Shown: positions 1 through 9,970, counted from the first letter of the stretch. The stretch: DNA of 64,000 bases from Pseudomonadota bacterium (GCA_039799905.1 JBDLRP010000021.1:192001-256000), one strand, 5' to 3'. The notes: generated from the sequence alone by a model not told the origin. Made by a program: numbers and translations.

Positions 1-434
1 GATGCCGCAACTCTGCCGATTTTGACTGTGGCATCGGAATCGGTAACGTTCATTACCTGAATATCCTCAAGTGAGACGCCGACAGGGAACTTGAATTTAA
101 GACTTGCGACACTGAGCCTGACAGGCATTCTCCGCTGGATGAACAATTCATTTACTTTACTGACTGCGACCTCCTTAACGACGTTTATCGGAAAGGACAG
201 ATAGAGAAAAAACAAAAAAGAGACGAAACCAACCGCCGCATATATTGCGATCAATTTCGCCCTTTTCGATTTACGGATGCGCAGCTGCGGAAAATCACCA
301 AAAAGATCTGCTCCGTATTGAGAGCGCGCTGGTGCGGCAATCATGCTGACCGCTTCCTCAGCGATTTCTTTTTGAGCGGCAAGAACCGGAAGATCCTCAA
401 CCAGCAAACTACCTTTAGGTGGTTGTGTATCCAT
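1..434 (-). CDS. gspN: Second GspN-like type II secretion protein (tandem paralogue of 469..1674), runs off the window edge
   Basis: Not in the ORF track. Manual translation from ATG at 434 (GGGAG upstream) gives MDTQPPKGSLLVEDLPVLAA...FFLYLSFPINVVKEV...FPVGVSLEDIQV, which aligns without gaps to 469..1674. Confidence 0.75.
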   Translation of the reverse strand, partial: MDTQPPKGSLLVEDLPVLAAQKEIAEEAVSMIAAPARSQYGADLFGDFPQLRIRKSKRAKLIAIYAAVGFVSFLFFLYLSFPINVVKEVAVSKVNELFIQRRMPVRLSVASLKFKFPVGVSLEDIQVMNVTDSDATVKIGRVAA

Positions 435-468
435 GGAAATCAGCTCCCTTTAGAAAAAAAAATTGTCC

Positions 469-1674
469 TTACCGGCAAGACAGAGCTGAAAAATTTCCGG
501 TGAGTTCAACATCCATTTTTCCATTCACCATCTTTTGCGGATCGCAGCCAATCATTACGAGCAAAAGCGTTTTGAAGTTTTCCTCTATCTTGCCCTTCAT
601 GAGCATCGACAGGGCCAATTTGACATCGTTGACGGAAAGCGATTCGGAAACGTTCATACTTCCGGAGAGTTCAATTCCGACATCACTTGCCAACAGCTTT
701 GTTTCATTAGGTATCGTGATTGTCTTTTTTTCCAGCTTCGCCTTGATTCTTGCCTCGTTGAAGTCCTGCCGTGGAATCGCAAAGGTCTCGTCCTTCATCT
801 CGAAATACGCCTTGCCAATTTTCAGATCCAAATCTCCCTTTGCCAAATTGAACGACTCGCCCGGCGCCGGCAGGTTCAACTGGATCGCCCCGGAAATCTG
901 GCCGCCCACCTCTGACTCCAGAAATGGCTGTATGGCGACCGCCAATGTGGAGGATAACAGCTGGCTCGCAAATTCTGACATGTTTGCCGAACTGCCGCCG
1001 CGTCCACCGACCGAAGAACCCTCTGGTTTAAGTAGCTCAAGCAGGCTTGTCGTATACTGAAGAATCTCAAAATTGCTGAACGTGATTTTCACATTTCCTG
1101 ATGGAATACGCACATTCTTCTGAGTCATCTTTACCAAGTCGATAATGCTGTCGTGATATAATAGCCCGACGCTGCCGCCAGACTGCGTGACCCTGAAATC
1201 AGCACTCAGCCTGCCAATGAACACGGGCAAAAATTTAACAGTTGCGTCTAGCTTTCCAATTTTAACGACTGCCGCCGCGTTGTTGATGTTGCTCACCTGA
1301 AGATCTTCAAGACTAACCCCAAGCGGAAATCTTACTTTGAGCGAACCCACATTCACCCGAACGGGTACATTTTTCTCCGAAAGAGCCGTGTTAACCTTGG
1401 TGACAATCACTTCTTTAACTACATTCAACGGAAAAGTCAGATAAAGGAACAAGAAGAAAACAACCATTCCAAAGAGAGTCTGCGTCAGAATAATTCTGGT
1501 CCGGTTTAGCTTCTTAATCCGATGGGAAATAGTATCACCCCATGACTCGCTTCCGAACTGCGAGCGCAGCGGAGCCGCAGTGACAGCCATGCTTTCGTCA
1601 ACTGCAGTGTCGTCGGCAGCCAAGACCGGAAGGTCTTCTACCAAAAGACTACTTTTAGGCTGTGTCTTATCCAT
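469..1674 (-). CDS. gspN: Type II secretion system protein N-like (delta-type GspN)
   Basis: Single TM ending in FLYLTFP, then a beta-rich periplasmic domain; lies downstream of gspL/gspM-like genes. Confidence 0.7.
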   Translation of the reverse strand: MDKTQPKSSLLVEDLPVLAADDTAVDESMAVTAAPLRSQFGSESWGDTISHRIKKLNRTRIILTQTLFGMVVFFLFLYLTFPLNVVKEVIVTKVNTALSEKNVPVRVNVGSLKVRFPLGVSLEDLQVSNINNAAAVVKIGKLDATVKFLPVFIGRLSADFRVTQSGGSVGLLYHDSIIDLVKMTQKNVRIPSGNVKITFSNFEILQYTTSLLELLKPEGSSVGGRGGSSANMSEFASQLLSSTLAVAIQPFLESEVGGQISGAIQLNLPAPGESFNLAKGDLDLKIGKAYFEMKDETFAIPRQDFNEARIKAKLEKKTITIPNETKLLASDVGIELSGSMNVSESLSVNDVKLALSMLMKGKIEENFKTLLLVMIGCDPQKMVNGKMDVELTGNFSALSCR

Positions 1675-1698
1675 GCTGGTTGCGCCCCCGTGCCGTGA

Positions 1699-2373
1699 TC
1701 ATTTTTTGGGTTCGATTCCATCCACCGCGAAGGTCGCATCAAAGAAGAGTTTGTTTTGGTAGAGACCTTTGATGCGAAGATCGCTGACACGCAGCATCTT
1801 GTCGTCCGACTCAATGGCAACCACAAGATCAATGATTTTCTTGAGACTGACGTTTGAGACGCGGAACTCAGATCTCGTTGATTTGTACTTTTCAGCTAGC
1901 GGAGTGCCGCGGATGAAATCTTTCTCATTTGAGCCTTTGTCCGTTTTTGTATTTCCGCTGATTTGGAGATCCAATGATTTAGCTTTGTCCTCAAGCAACG
2001 AGAGTATTTGCAAACTCCCGGTGACATTCGCGATCCTGCGGTCGAGCTCGTCGAACTTCTTCTTCGTGACGGCATATTCAACCTGTTTCGCCCGCAGCTT
2101 GTTCATCGCCTGAAATGAACCGTCAAGTTTTGCCTGCAGATTGCTCAGGGCTGAAAGGTAAATGCCTATAAAGGCAAATACAACGAGTCCAGCAGCAATA
2201 AATGCACCTGCGATGACCGCAGTTCGTCCTTCGGACGGGAGCTTGAAATAGCTGTCCATGAAGTATTCGATGCGCTCATTCTGCTTGCCAAAGATCACTT
2301 CCCTGACAGGAAGAAGCCAACGCGGGACGTCACCTTGTGAATGTTCCTGAACGTCGTTCATCGCTCCGCTCAT
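1699..2373 (-). CDS. gspM: Type II secretion system protein M-like (GspM/PilO family)
   Basis: TM, coiled coil and a ferredoxin-like C-terminus (VSLKKIIDLVVAIES...LRVSDLRIK); located between gspL and gspN. Confidence 0.65.
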   Translation of the reverse strand: MSGAMNDVQEHSQGDVPRWLLPVREVIFGKQNERIEYFMDSYFKLPSEGRTAVIAGAFIAAGLVVFAFIGIYLSALSNLQAKLDGSFQAMNKLRAKQVEYAVTKKKFDELDRRIANVTGSLQILSLLEDKAKSLDLQISGNTKTDKGSNEKDFIRGTPLAEKYKSTRSEFRVSNVSLKKIIDLVVAIESDDKMLRVSDLRIKGLYQNKLFFDATFAVDGIEPKK

Positions 2374-2374
2374 A

Positions 2375-4072
2375 TCAGTTTTCCTCTTTGATCGTTGCTG
2401 TCATGCTGAATTTTACTTTATCTGAACCCGGAATTCGCTCAGGGTTGTTCAGTTTGATGCTCTGAAAACTACCGATTCCCCGAATGATCGTGCCGATCCG
2501 TTCTGCAGTCGCCAGGTCGACGGTTTCGCCCTCAATGTCTGCAGTTCCATTTGCGTGGACGTGGAAGTTTGTTATGTCGAGGGTTGTCTTTTTGTCGATT
2601 GCCTGAGAGACGTCCCGCAGGACCTTAAGCGGCACTGCGCTGCGCAAACCCAGGAAATTGTCAATCGCCGCCTTTTTTGACCGCAGGTCTTCGTCCATAA
2701 TTTTGAATGCGCGGTTTGAGTAATTTGTCAGGTCCCAGCTTGACTGACTTGCAATGTTTTTTAATTCTTTCGGCTCGGCTCCAAGTGTCTGTTTGATTTC
2801 AGTTTGGAACTGCTTCTTCAAAGTATCTATTTGGTCTGTGTACAGCCACCAGCGAAGAGCATAACTTCCCATAAGACAAGCAACCAGTCCGAAAGCAAGC
2901 AAAGAGATATTAGATATCTGCTTGAAGACTGCATCGTAACTACCAACGAGCGCCAGCTCACCCTTGCGCAAGTTAATTTGCGAATGGTGCTTTCCAGGCA
3001 CTCCACGCAGCGCGATTGCAAGTGCCTGTGATAGAATTGGGGCTTTGTCATCGTCTCCGTCATCAAGCCGCAGTCTTGTTTCATCGAAGGTCATCAATTT
3101 TATCGGAATCTCAATTGAATCTTCCAAAAATTGCGTGATGTTTCTGATACAGGCCGTGCCGCCCGTCACAATGATTTGCGACGGTACGAGTCTTTCTTGT
3201 GCTTTGAAGGAGTGAAGTGTTCGGATGATTTCTTTGACAAGATCGGTTGCGGCAAGACCCATTTGATATGCAACGTTGAATTCACGTTCATATCCGGCCG
3301 CCGGCTTTGCATCGGGTTTGTATTCCAGATAGCTAACCGCATGCTTGAGACGCTGGGCTTCACCATAAGTCACACCCAGTCCTTTTGACAGCATCTCAGT
3401 GATGTAGCGGCCACCCATTCGAATGGTCCGCGCGGTAACAAACTTATTGTTGTTGATGAGAATCATCGCAGTCTTTAGATGGCCAATGTCAAGAATCAAC
3501 TTGCACTTGTCACCCGGATCCCAAACCGGATTGCGCAAATCCGCCGGGCCGTATGAGCGCTGTTCAGATGCTTTCAGGAACGGGAACAGGTTTATAAAAG
3601 TCAGGTAGTCGACATCAATGACTTTGGGTTCGATTTCCAAATCCTTCAGACCGGACAGAAAAGCCTCGATACTCTCCTTGCGGCACATTGCTGTCAGCAC
3701 GCTTGTCGTGCCGCCGCTCGTGTCAATGATCTGCTGATCAATGATCGTTTCTTCCAGACTGAAGGGTGCGTTCGTTTCAAGTTCGTTCTGAACAACAAGC
3801 GGCACATCTCTTTTTTTGACATTCTGAAAAACAAAGGTGCGCGTCGAGACCATGAGTCCGTTCATTGCCGTATACGTTCGGTCGAACTCGATCGAATTTT
3901 CGGTCAGCAGTTGGCGGATGGCGGTATATTCGACCAATTCCTGATCGAGGCCGTCGATTTCCGGCACTGCAACTTCGTAGAAACGCTCTACTCTGTAGGC
4001 ATTAAACGTCTGTGTAATCTCAACTGCCTTGATACTATAGCTGCCAAAATCGAGCCCTAGAATTTTCTGCAT
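2375..4072 (-). CDS. gspL: GspL-like protein (PilM actin-like cytoplasmic domain, TM, PilN-like periplasmic domain)
   Basis: ILGLDFGSYSIKAVE, LILDIGH and IIVTGG actin-fold motifs; INLRKGEL before the TM; AGGAG upstream of the ATG. Confidence 0.75.
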   Translation of the reverse strand: MQKILGLDFGSYSIKAVEITQTFNAYRVERFYEVAVPEIDGLDQELVEYTAIRQLLTENSIEFDRTYTAMNGLMVSTRTFVFQNVKKRDVPLVVQNELETNAPFSLEETIIDQQIIDTSGGTTSVLTAMCRKESIEAFLSGLKDLEIEPKVIDVDYLTFINLFPFLKASEQRSYGPADLRNPVWDPGDKCKLILDIGHLKTAMILINNNKFVTARTIRMGGRYITEMLSKGLGVTYGEAQRLKHAVSYLEYKPDAKPAAGYEREFNVAYQMGLAATDLVKEIIRTLHSFKAQERLVPSQIIVTGGTACIRNITQFLEDSIEIPIKLMTFDETRLRLDDGDDDKAPILSQALAIALRGVPGKHHSQINLRKGELALVGSYDAVFKQISNISLLAFGLVACLMGSYALRWWLYTDQIDTLKKQFQTEIKQTLGAEPKELKNIASQSSWDLTNYSNRAFKIMDEDLRSKKAAIDNFLGLRSAVPLKVLRDVSQAIDKKTTLDITNFHVHANGTADIEGETVDLATAERIGTIIRGIGSFQSIKLNNPERIPGSDKVKFSMTATIKEEN

Positions 4073-4083
4073 GACTTAACTGC

Positions 4084-4212
4084 GCTCCTCTCATGCCGTG
4101 AGAGAGCCCCCGCCTAGGGGGCGATCCGACACCGCTGGACCTCTTGAGTGTAACTGATTGGCTCCCCGACCTCTGATGCCAATTCAATGGCAACCGAGAT
4201 CGAGGACAGCGA
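4084..4212 (-). promoter_or_regulatory. Candidate structured 5' leader RNA of the gspL operon (four hairpins, the last sequesters the SD)
   Basis: Inverted repeats at 4164-4205, 4123-4141, 4106-4122 and 4084-4107; G-U wobbles in the first two stems work on the minus strand. Confidence 0.4.
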
Positions 4213-4312
4213 CAAAGGAACAACCCATGTCAACCCAACGGGCTGTCAATTCGCCTCTCATATTGATAGTCTGCATCTGTCGGTGTTTTGAATGCAAGGA
4301 GAATGCGTCTCG

Positions 4313-5551
4313 ATGTTTCGCGCGACAGACAGAAAAGAGTCTGAAGAGTTAATCGTTCGGCGCATTGCACGCAGGCTCGACCGTTACCTTAGTGAAATGG
4401 AACGAAGTCTGGCAAGCCGGCCACTGAGCGTTGCAGACGGCACGGCGGTTGTTTCTCTTGGACCAAATGAAAAAGCGGAGAATTCCTCGGACGCGCCGAC
4501 TGCGGAAAAAAACGGCCAGCTATCATCGGGGACAGGACCGATGATTTTGCCTGCGGAGCCTCTGAACGACCAGCAACAAAATTCCCCACACTTTGAGAGC
4601 TTCTCGCCACCCCATTCGTTGACTTCCGAACAAGGAGTCGATGGGGCACCATCAGCTCCGCCACCTGCGCCACCTGCGCCACCTGCGCCACCCGCACCAC
4701 CGGCTCAAGCTGCACAGGCAAAACCTCAACCGCCAGCGCCTCCGCCGGCACCACCAGCTCCGCCACCTGCGCCACCCGCACCACCAGCTCAAGCTGCGCA
4801 GGCAAAACCACAACCGCCGCCGCCACCGCCGGCACCACCAGCTCCGCCACCTGCGCCACCCGCGCCACCGGCTCAAGCTGCGCAGGCAAAACCGCAACCA
4901 CCAGCTCCGCCACCTGCGCCACCCGCGCCACCGGCTCAAGCTGTGCAGGCAAAACCGCAACCGCCAGCGCCACCCGCGCCACCGGCGCCACCGGCTCAAG
5001 CTGTGCAGGCTAATCCACAACCGCCAGCGCCACCGCCGGCACCACCAGCTCCGCCACCTGCGCCACCTGCTCAGGCTGCACCAGCATCACCAAGCCCACC
5101 GCCACCTGTGCCATCAGCACCTATGTCGGGTGTAAAAAAAACTGAATTGCCACCGCCGCAGTCGGTGCCGCCACTCTCTCAGGCAACTGACTCAAAGCAG
5201 CAACCTCCGCCCCAGCCGAAGCCTGATGCACTCGGCGAAGGGACTAAAAAAGAAGCCACCACTGACGCAAAATTAAAATCTGAGAAAACTGAGGCGGCAA
5301 AAGATAGCTCCAGTGCCAATGCAAATCTGGCAGCGGCATCACAAGCACCCAAGTCTGCAGCTCACAGTATGCATCACTTCGACGCGCCCCCCCCATCCGG
5401 CGCCCCCAAAGACCTTGAAGTCCTCCTTCACGGAAAGCCACAACAGCCTTTAATTTTTGGAATACAACGTAATTTTTTTCTTTGGTTTGTGTTGTTTGTC
5501 TTGCTGTTCGTGGTGGTCTACTTTTTTGTTGGCAGCGGTTACACCTACTGA
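4313..5551 (+). CDS. Proline/alanine-rich protein with C-terminal membrane anchor
   Basis: ORF 4292..5551; AGGAG at 4297-4301 favours ATG 4313; long PPAPPA tract; hydrophobic C-terminal helix FFLWFVLFVLLFVVVYFFV. Confidence 0.75.
   Translation: MFRATDRKESEELIVRRIARRLDRYLSEMERSLASRPLSVADGTAVVSLGPNEKAENSSDAPTAEKNGQLSSGTGPMILPAEPLNDQQQNSPHFESFSPPHSLTSEQGVDGAPSAPPPAPPAPPAPPAPPAQAAQAKPQPPAPPPAPPAPPPAPPAPPAQAAQAKPQPPPPPPAPPAPPPAPPAPPAQAAQAKPQPPAPPPAPPAPPAQAVQAKPQPPAPPAPPAPPAQAVQANPQPPAPPPAPPAPPPAPPAQAAPASPSPPPPVPSAPMSGVKKTELPPPQSVPPLSQATDSKQQPPPQPKPDALGEGTKKEATTDAKLKSEKTEAAKDSSSANANLAAASQAPKSAAHSMHHFDAPPPSGAPKDLEVLLHGKPQQPLIFGIQRNFFLWFVLFVLLFVVVYFFVGSGYTY
4650..5110 (+). repeat. Intragenic tandem repeats encoding (PPAPPAPPAQAAQAKPQP)-like units, about 5 copies
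   Basis: Recurring DNA such as ccaccggctcaagctgcgcaggcaaaaccgcaacc and 9-nt gccacctgc units. Confidence 0.9.
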
Positions 5552-5691
5552 GCTCTAACGCTCAGTATTGCCAAAAAAACCTCCCCTCTTGTTTCGATTA
5601 ACCAATCAGAACAACAACTTTTTGCCTTCAGTTCTGCGCAGAGACTCCGATGCTGTCCTCTGGATGATGCTCTTTTTTATGGAGATCTCTC

Positions 5692-8511
5692 ATGGTGTCA
5701 GGACGCTCACGGATGAAGTCTGGACAGCAACCTAGTCTTCGCAGAACAGCACGGCAGAGCGATGTTAGCCGAAGAAAAAGGCTGGCACGTTACCGCAGGC
5801 ACACTGCGAGGCAGAGCTACAAAGCAACTTTGTTTGCGGAAGTAAACAAACTCATCTTTGTTCAGGATTTTGAGGCCGCAGGAAGACAGCTCGCGCAGCT
5901 TGCAAGTCTCTACTGGAACGACGCAGAAATTCATTTCCGCAGGGTCGAAGTCGCTTGCCGTACAGAATCTCTGCCCGACGTCGTTGAAGATTACCGGAGA
6001 CTGAGAGCCCTCAACCCCGAACATCAGATCATCGAGGCTGCGGCGCTGCTCAGCCAAATTCGCTACGAGGAACTGACCTCAGGCGAGGCGACCTTTGTCA
6101 AAGACACGATCGATGAACGGGAGTATGCACTGTTGGCGCAGCGCGATGTTGTTGCACTTGACTCCGGAAGTGAGACCTCAACTTCGAAAAGAGGTTCGCA
6201 GAACGACGAGGCAACGCGTCAGTTGCTTGCGCGCTGGGAGTCGAGCCGCTCGATGACGGGTGCAACTGCCTCGCGTGGTTGGCGTGTTGATCGTTCTCCA
6301 CTGGTTCCTGACGACGTCATGCCCAGCGAACTGCCAACACTTCCCGATGCATCAGCAGACAATGACCCCAACCATGCGCTGAGACGAATGTCCGAAGATG
6401 ACAGGTCAGAGCCAACACGCATCGGCGAACATCCACAGCACCCGCTACTTCACGCAGCCGTTCGCCTGCGTGACAACCAACCGAAGAGTTCTTGGGCATG
6501 GTTCGTTCTTGGCTGCGCCTTGGAGCTGACAGGTCATCTGCAGGAGGCTGTCGACGCGTGGACGCGCTCATACCAGCTCAATCCAGAGTCCCTCGCAGTT
6601 CTTGCCACCATGGCCGAGCTGCAACAGATTGGCGCGCTACCCGACAACAGTCCAGATTACGCAGAGCGCTTCGAAAAGCTCGACAAATATCTCGTGCACG
6701 GAACTTACGAAAGTCACATTCAACTTTACCGCCACTTCATCGAGAAACGCGAAAGCCATCATGCCATCGCTGCGCTGCGCACACTCGCAGACTGGATGCA
6801 GCGCCAGCGCGGAGAAGTTCCGCCGGAGATTGAAATTCTCTGCCTTCTCGGAGCAATGAATGCATACAAACTGGACGGAAACACCGCAGCTGCAGAAGCC
6901 TGCCGTCGCGAAGCTGAAAACATTGCGATAGCCTGCAAAAAAGCACCCAAAAGCCCTGCACAAATTGCCTTCATCGGTCAGATTGCGGAAGAATACGGAC
7001 TGCCGAACCTTGCGCGCTTGTGCTTTTACTCCGTGCTCATTGCCAAAGACACGCCTCTCGAGCTGGCAAGCAAAACAGCAGCTCACTGCGTGGCCCACTA
7101 TGCCTCGCTTTCACTGAAAGAATGTTTAAAAACAACCTATCTGAATCACTCAGGCAATCCTGAAATTAGGTTCTGCCAGCTGTTGTGTGAGCTGACTTTA
7201 TCCTCTGTTGCCATACGTCCGTACATGGAGCGCAAAAACAAAATCCGCGATGCATTGTCTAAAAACCATGCGGCGGTTGCGCTGCAGTTGATGCAAGAGG
7301 CTCTACAGGACACAAACGACGACGCGGAAATTCACTTCTACATGAGCGAGATGCTCTCTCGACTTGGAATAACCGACAGGGCAAAACATCACTTCTCGAT
7401 GATGTATGAACTCGACTCTTTGAACGTCGAGTCGGTTTTGAGGTACCTCAACTTCCTCATCAAGAACAAAGAGTTCTTTTCTGCCCAGGAAATTGCACGC
7501 AAGACGAACGAGATTCCCGCTTTGACAACCCAGCAGCGCAGCGAGTTGCATTGGGCACGCGCCAGCGCTCTGCTCGCAGTCGGCGAGGCGGAAGAGGCGA
7601 AGCAAGAGATCGATCGTTCACTCAAAAGTAATCCATGGAGCACGCAGTATCTGATAGTCGCTTTGCGACTGTCGGTTCCGGCAAACATCAAAAACAATGA
7701 TCCAAATTTCGGAGAATCCGCACTGGCGGTGCTGGAAAATCACATCACATCCACGCCTGCGGGCATGCTGAATGACGACCAGCTGACCATGTTGATCGAT
7801 CACGGCCGCAAGGCACTGCAGGCCGGACTCAGCGAATATGCATACACACTCGGAAAAATTCTCTTCATGATGAACGAGAAGAATGAGAATGTGATCGAGT
7901 TTTTCAGCAAGGTCGGAGCGAGTTATGAGCCGCGGCTGGCTGCGCAGCAGACACTTATGCTCCTGCAGACCAACACAAAGCAGTGGTCTTTTTCGCAACT
8001 CGCCGTTTGTATTGCGCGCATCTACAGCCAGGCTCTTGAATGGCCGCTGGTTGACGAATGGCTGGATATTGCTGTGAAGGCAGGAGTCGAAGACAAGCAG
8101 GTCCGATCAAAATTGTTTGAACTTGAAGCCTTGAAACTGGCACTCCACGGGACCAATTTCCGCAAGGCACAAAGCCTGCTTGAGGCTGCACTCGATATCT
8201 ACGACGGCCAGCAAAAGGTTCCGGCCGACACCGGAGTGCTGCACGGTTATCTGATACTTGCGCAGGGCAATATCAAGGCTGGCATCGAAAAGATGCAAAC
8301 CTGCATGGGTGAAAACAGCTCCATCCAGAGTTTGTACTTCCTAATCAAGGGCCTTGAGCGGGCCGGCAGACTGTCGGGCTCCGAATGCGACAATATTCTG
8401 AGACTGTATCATTTGGCGCCGACGAATTTACTGGAGCAAAAGCTTATTGAGGAAATCTACTGCACCGTTGGCTCATACAAAGTTGGCGTGCCGGTCAACC
8501 TTGCCTGCTGA
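5692..8511 (+). CDS. Large TPR-repeat protein
   Basis: 939 aa, all-helical, with TPR-like segments (WAWFVLGCALELTGHLQEAVDAWTRSYQLNP; IHFYMSEMLSRLGITDRAKHHF); GGAG RBS. Confidence 0.75.
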   Translation: MVSGRSRMKSGQQPSLRRTARQSDVSRRKRLARYRRHTARQSYKATLFAEVNKLIFVQDFEAAGRQLAQLASLYWNDAEIHFRRVEVACRTESLPDVVEDYRRLRALNPEHQIIEAAALLSQIRYEELTSGEATFVKDTIDEREYALLAQRDVVALDSGSETSTSKRGSQNDEATRQLLARWESSRSMTGATASRGWRVDRSPLVPDDVMPSELPTLPDASADNDPNHALRRMSEDDRSEPTRIGEHPQHPLLHAAVRLRDNQPKSSWAWFVLGCALELTGHLQEAVDAWTRSYQLNPESLAVLATMAELQQIGALPDNSPDYAERFEKLDKYLVHGTYESHIQLYRHFIEKRESHHAIAALRTLADWMQRQRGEVPPEIEILCLLGAMNAYKLDGNTAAAEACRREAENIAIACKKAPKSPAQIAFIGQIAEEYGLPNLARLCFYSVLIAKDTPLELASKTAAHCVAHYASLSLKECLKTTYLNHSGNPEIRFCQLLCELTLSSVAIRPYMERKNKIRDALSKNHAAVALQLMQEALQDTNDDAEIHFYMSEMLSRLGITDRAKHHFSMMYELDSLNVESVLRYLNFLIKNKEFFSAQEIARKTNEIPALTTQQRSELHWARASALLAVGEAEEAKQEIDRSLKSNPWSTQYLIVALRLSVPANIKNNDPNFGESALAVLENHITSTPAGMLNDDQLTMLIDHGRKALQAGLSEYAYTLGKILFMMNEKNENVIEFFSKVGASYEPRLAAQQTLMLLQTNTKQWSFSQLAVCIARIYSQALEWPLVDEWLDIAVKAGVEDKQVRSKLFELEALKLALHGTNFRKAQSLLEAALDIYDGQQKVPADTGVLHGYLILAQGNIKAGIEKMQTCMGENSSIQSLYFLIKGLERAGRLSGSECDNILRLYHLAPTNLLEQKLIEEIYCTVGSYKVGVPVNLAC

Positions 8512-8590
8512 GCGTCATTGCACCGCGGTGAGCATGGTCATAGACCTATTTTTATGAGATGCTCGCCGCTCTGGTGAAGGACGTTTCGTC

Positions 8591-9373
8591 ATGGCTTTGC
8601 GCAAGGGACAATCCGAACGAAAAAAGGCGATGCAAAACATCGCGCAACTTAAAACTATCCGCAGCAGGGTGAGTCTCGCACCTGAATGGTGGAATGGCAA
8701 AACGCACGTTCTGATTGACATGGACGGAACTCTGATAGGTCAACCTGGAGCACTCTTCCATAACCTTTTTGCAATTTTTGCGCTGCTTCGGCTGAAAGGT
8801 CTCGGCTCATACACCGAACTTTACCGCGCGGTGAACAAAACGATCCGCACTGTTTTGTCCCCCCATCCATATGCGAACAACGAAGATGCGTTTTTCGAGA
8901 CCCTGGCACGCGAATTGAATGTGACCCGACAGAAGCTCGAACGATTTGCCGGCCGGTTTTTTGATTCTGATTATCCTTTCATCTGCCTCATTCTTCACTC
9001 CGAGCCACATGCGCGCCGTCTGCTCGATCTTCTGCACGCAACTGGAAGACACGTGACACTTGCAACAAACGCCATCTTTGGCAGACGCGAAATTGAATTG
9101 CGCCTCAAAGCCTCGGACCTGTACCTACATGATTTTGATTTGGTCACATCATGGGATGTGATGAAATCAACCAAGCCTCATTCAGCCTTTTTCGAGGAAA
9201 CACTGAAGAAAATCGGCGGCACTCCCGAATCCACGGTGATGATCGGCAACGACCCTTTTTACGACCTTCCTGCCTATCAGCTTGGCATCGAAACGCTTCT
9301 TGTCGGGCAACGGCTATCGATTGGTGACATTGCTGACTCGCTTGAAGCAAGCCTGAAGAGTTCCAACACCTGA
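8591..9373 (+). CDS. HAD-superfamily hydrolase
   Basis: DMDGTL, LATN, KPH and GNDPFYD motifs. Confidence 0.85.
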   Translation: MALRKGQSERKKAMQNIAQLKTIRSRVSLAPEWWNGKTHVLIDMDGTLIGQPGALFHNLFAIFALLRLKGLGSYTELYRAVNKTIRTVLSPHPYANNEDAFFETLARELNVTRQKLERFAGRFFDSDYPFICLILHSEPHARRLLDLLHATGRHVTLATNAIFGRREIELRLKASDLYLHDFDLVTSWDVMKSTKPHSAFFEETLKKIGGTPESTVMIGNDPFYDLPAYQLGIETLLVGQRLSIGDIADSLEASLKSSNT

Positions 9374-9379
9374 ATTGGA

Positions 9380-9970
9380 TCAGGACTTGACTCGTCCGCG
9401 AAGGTAGGGCTCTGCAACAAGGATTGCGAGCGCAGCCAGTGCGTGCTGTATTTGTCCCGAACGCGCCATCATGATTGCCTCCTCGATTGGCACTGTGCGG
9501 ATGCGTATCACTTCGAACGGGTCGTGGTGATCCCGCTTCACAACGAGCGGCTGACAATCAAATGCAATGAAATAGGTGATGCGATTGCCTTGAATAGCTG
9601 GGTTGGGTGCATATCCTGGCAGCGACAAAACACGCTGGCTTGTCAGGCCGGTCTCTTCTTCGAGTTCACGCAGAGCAGCCATGGTCAGATCTTTTTCGTC
9701 TGGGTCAACTGCACCACCTGGCGTTTCGAGCGTGATGGAATCGGTGCCGAACCTGTGCTGCTCGATGAGCACAATGTGGCCGTCGGCAGTGACAGGCACC
9801 ACGTTCACCCATTGCGAGCAGCGGATTGTATACATCGATCTGCGGTGCACCCCGTCAAGACTGGTAGCCTCGCGTGATTCAATCTTGAAGATCGGGCAAC
9901 TGTAGGCTTCCCGGGGCTCGCTCAACGGAAATTTGCGCAACTCTAAAGAATCATGGCCGTCTGTTGACAT
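9380..9970 (-). CDS. Nudix hydrolase (ADP-ribose pyrophosphatase-like)
   Basis: Nudix box [29 protein letters not shown] and PNP motifs. Confidence 0.88.
   Translation of the reverse strand: MSTDGHDSLELRKFPLSEPREAYSCPIFKIESREATSLDGVHRRSMYTIRCSQWVNVVPVTADGHIVLIEQHRFGTDSITLETPGGAVDPDEKDLTMAALRELEEETGLTSQRVLSLPGYAPNPAIQGNRITYFIAFDCQPLVVKRDHHDPFEVIRIRTVPIEEAIMMARSGQIQHALAALAILVAEPYLRGRVKS

Noticed and set aside
4084..4212. 6S RNA, lysine, c-di-AMP or c-di-GMP riboswitch identity
   Set aside because: Only short motif resemblances (ACGGCAU, GGAGCGC, GGGGAGCCA); the overall architecture and core motifs do not match by eye. Kept as an unassigned candidate.
4228..4249. Two TTGACA hexamers on the minus strand as a sigma70 promoter
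   Set aside because: No acceptable -10 box at 16-18 bp from either.
4650..5110. Repeats as a CRISPR array
   Set aside because: No unique spacers; the units are in-frame coding repeats; no cas genes.
4389..5135. His/Arg-rich, Trp/Arg-rich and Val/Ala-rich ORFs
   Set aside because: Alternative-frame readings of the proline repeat.
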